Assembly (NCBI GenBank): GCA_036785375.1
Contig: JAWMAR010000011.1
Span: 13,516,001-13,580,000, forward strand
Origin: Leucoraja ocellata
Lineage: Eukaryota
Length of the DNA stretch: 64,000 bases
Reading direction: 5' to 3'
Position numbers and translations under genes: made by a program. The notes beneath the pieces were generated by a model. The model was not told where the DNA came from, searched no databases, and saw only the letters and a list, made by a program, of their open reading frames with translations. This document shows, piece by piece, positions 62,845 through 64,000 of this stretch (position 1 is the first letter of the stretch; each line of letters opens with the position of its first letter).

Positions 62845-63975
62845 GTAGACAAAAATGCTGGAGAAACTCAGCGGGTGAGGCAGCATCTATGGAGTGAAGG
62901 AAATAGGCGACGTTTCGGGTCCAGACCCTTCTTCAGTCTGATGTGGGGGGGAGGGAGTGGGTGGGGGGGGCGGGAAGAAGAAATGAAGAGGTAGAGACAG
63001 TGGGCTGGGGGAGAGCTGAGAAGGGGAAGAGAAAGTAAGGACTACCTGAAATTAGAAAAGTCAATGTTCATACCGCTGGGGTGCAAACTGCCCAAGCGAA
63101 ATATGAGGTGCTGCTCCTCCAATTTACGGTGGTCCTCATTCTGGCCATGGAGGAGGCCCAGGACAGAAAGATTGGTTTTGGAATGGGAGGGGGAGTTGAA
63201 GTGCTGAGCCACCAGGAGATCAGGTTGGTTAGTGCGAACCGAGCGGAGGTATTGGGCGAAGCGATCGCCAAGCCTACGCTTGGTCTCACCGATGTAGAGC
63301 AGCTGACATCTAGAGCAGCGGATGCAATAGATGAGGTTGGAGGAGGAGGTGCAGGTGAACCTCTGCTGCGCCTTGAAAGACTGCTTGGGTCCTTGAATGG
63401 AGTCAAGGGGGGAGGTAAAGCGATAAGTGTAGCATTTCCTGTGGTTACAAGGGAAAGTGCCCGGTGAAGGGATGCTTCGGGTGGGAAGGGCGAATTGACC
63501 AGGGAATAACGGAGGGAGCGGTCTCTGCGAAAGTCAGACAGGGGAGGAGATGGGAAGATGTGGCCACTGGTGGGATCACGTTGCAGGTGGCGAAAATGTC
63601 GGAGGATTATTTGTTGTATGTGACGGCTGGTAGGGTGGAAGGTGAGGACAACGGGGACTCTGCCCTTGTTATGAGTGGGGGGATGGGGAGTGAGAGCAGT
63701 CATGGGGTATAGAAGAAACCCTGGTGAGAGCCTCATCTATAGTAGAAGAGGGGAACCCCCCTTCCCTGAAGAATGAGGACATCTCCGATGCCCTGTTGTG
63801 GAACACCTCATCTTGGGTGCAGATGCGGCGTAGACGGAGGAATTGGGAGTAGGGGATGGAGTCCTTACAGGAAGCAGGGTGGGAAGAAGTGTAGTCCAGA
63901 TAGCCATGGGAATCAGTGGGTTTATAGTGGCTGTCGGTCAGAAGTCTATCACCTGCGATGGAGGTGGAGAGGTCA
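62845..63975 (-). mobile_element. PLE 3' half (RT C-terminus, GIY-YIG, pLTR with hammerhead motif at 62909-62936)
   Basis: ORF 63068..63736 has RVPVVLTFHPTSRHIQ; co-linear with 30360-31490; frameshifted. Confidence 0.9.
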
Positions 63976-64000
63976 GTACATGTGATGGAACAGGCAGTGT

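Noticed and set aside
43200-64000. ANO9 or other neighbouring gene exons expected from human synteny
   Set aside because: No anoctamin-like translation seen; isolated minus-strand donor-like sites (~56167, ~61830) do not chain into a gene.

Overview
Eukaryotic, repeat-dense vertebrate DNA. The repeat complement (V-domain tRNA SINEs with CR1-like tails, Neptune-type Penelope elements, Rex1/Babar, CR1) suggests a cartilaginous fish such as a skate or ray; this is inference. Two genes diverge from one CpG island at ~11.4-12.4 kb. On the minus strand is coding exon 1 of phosphatidylserine synthase 2 (PTDSS2), whose intron 1 runs off the left edge. On the plus strand is a 7-coding-exon gene (17306-43075, 396 aa from the first ATG) that I assembled from phase-compatible GT-AG junctions; it encodes an unrecognised, probably coiled-coil protein. 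The shared promoter carries a ~29-bp minisatellite with repeated CACGTGAC E-boxes. The most structured signal elsewhere is a Penelope-like retroelement family: a near-intact RT + GIY-YIG copy, minimal hammerhead-ribozyme motifs in the pseudo-LTRs, a foldback mini-element with back-to-back hammerheads, 13-16 bp target-site duplications, and one complex integration that copied nearby DNA in inverted orientation. No further gene was recognised after 43.1 kb. Repeat boundaries were read by eye and are approximate.
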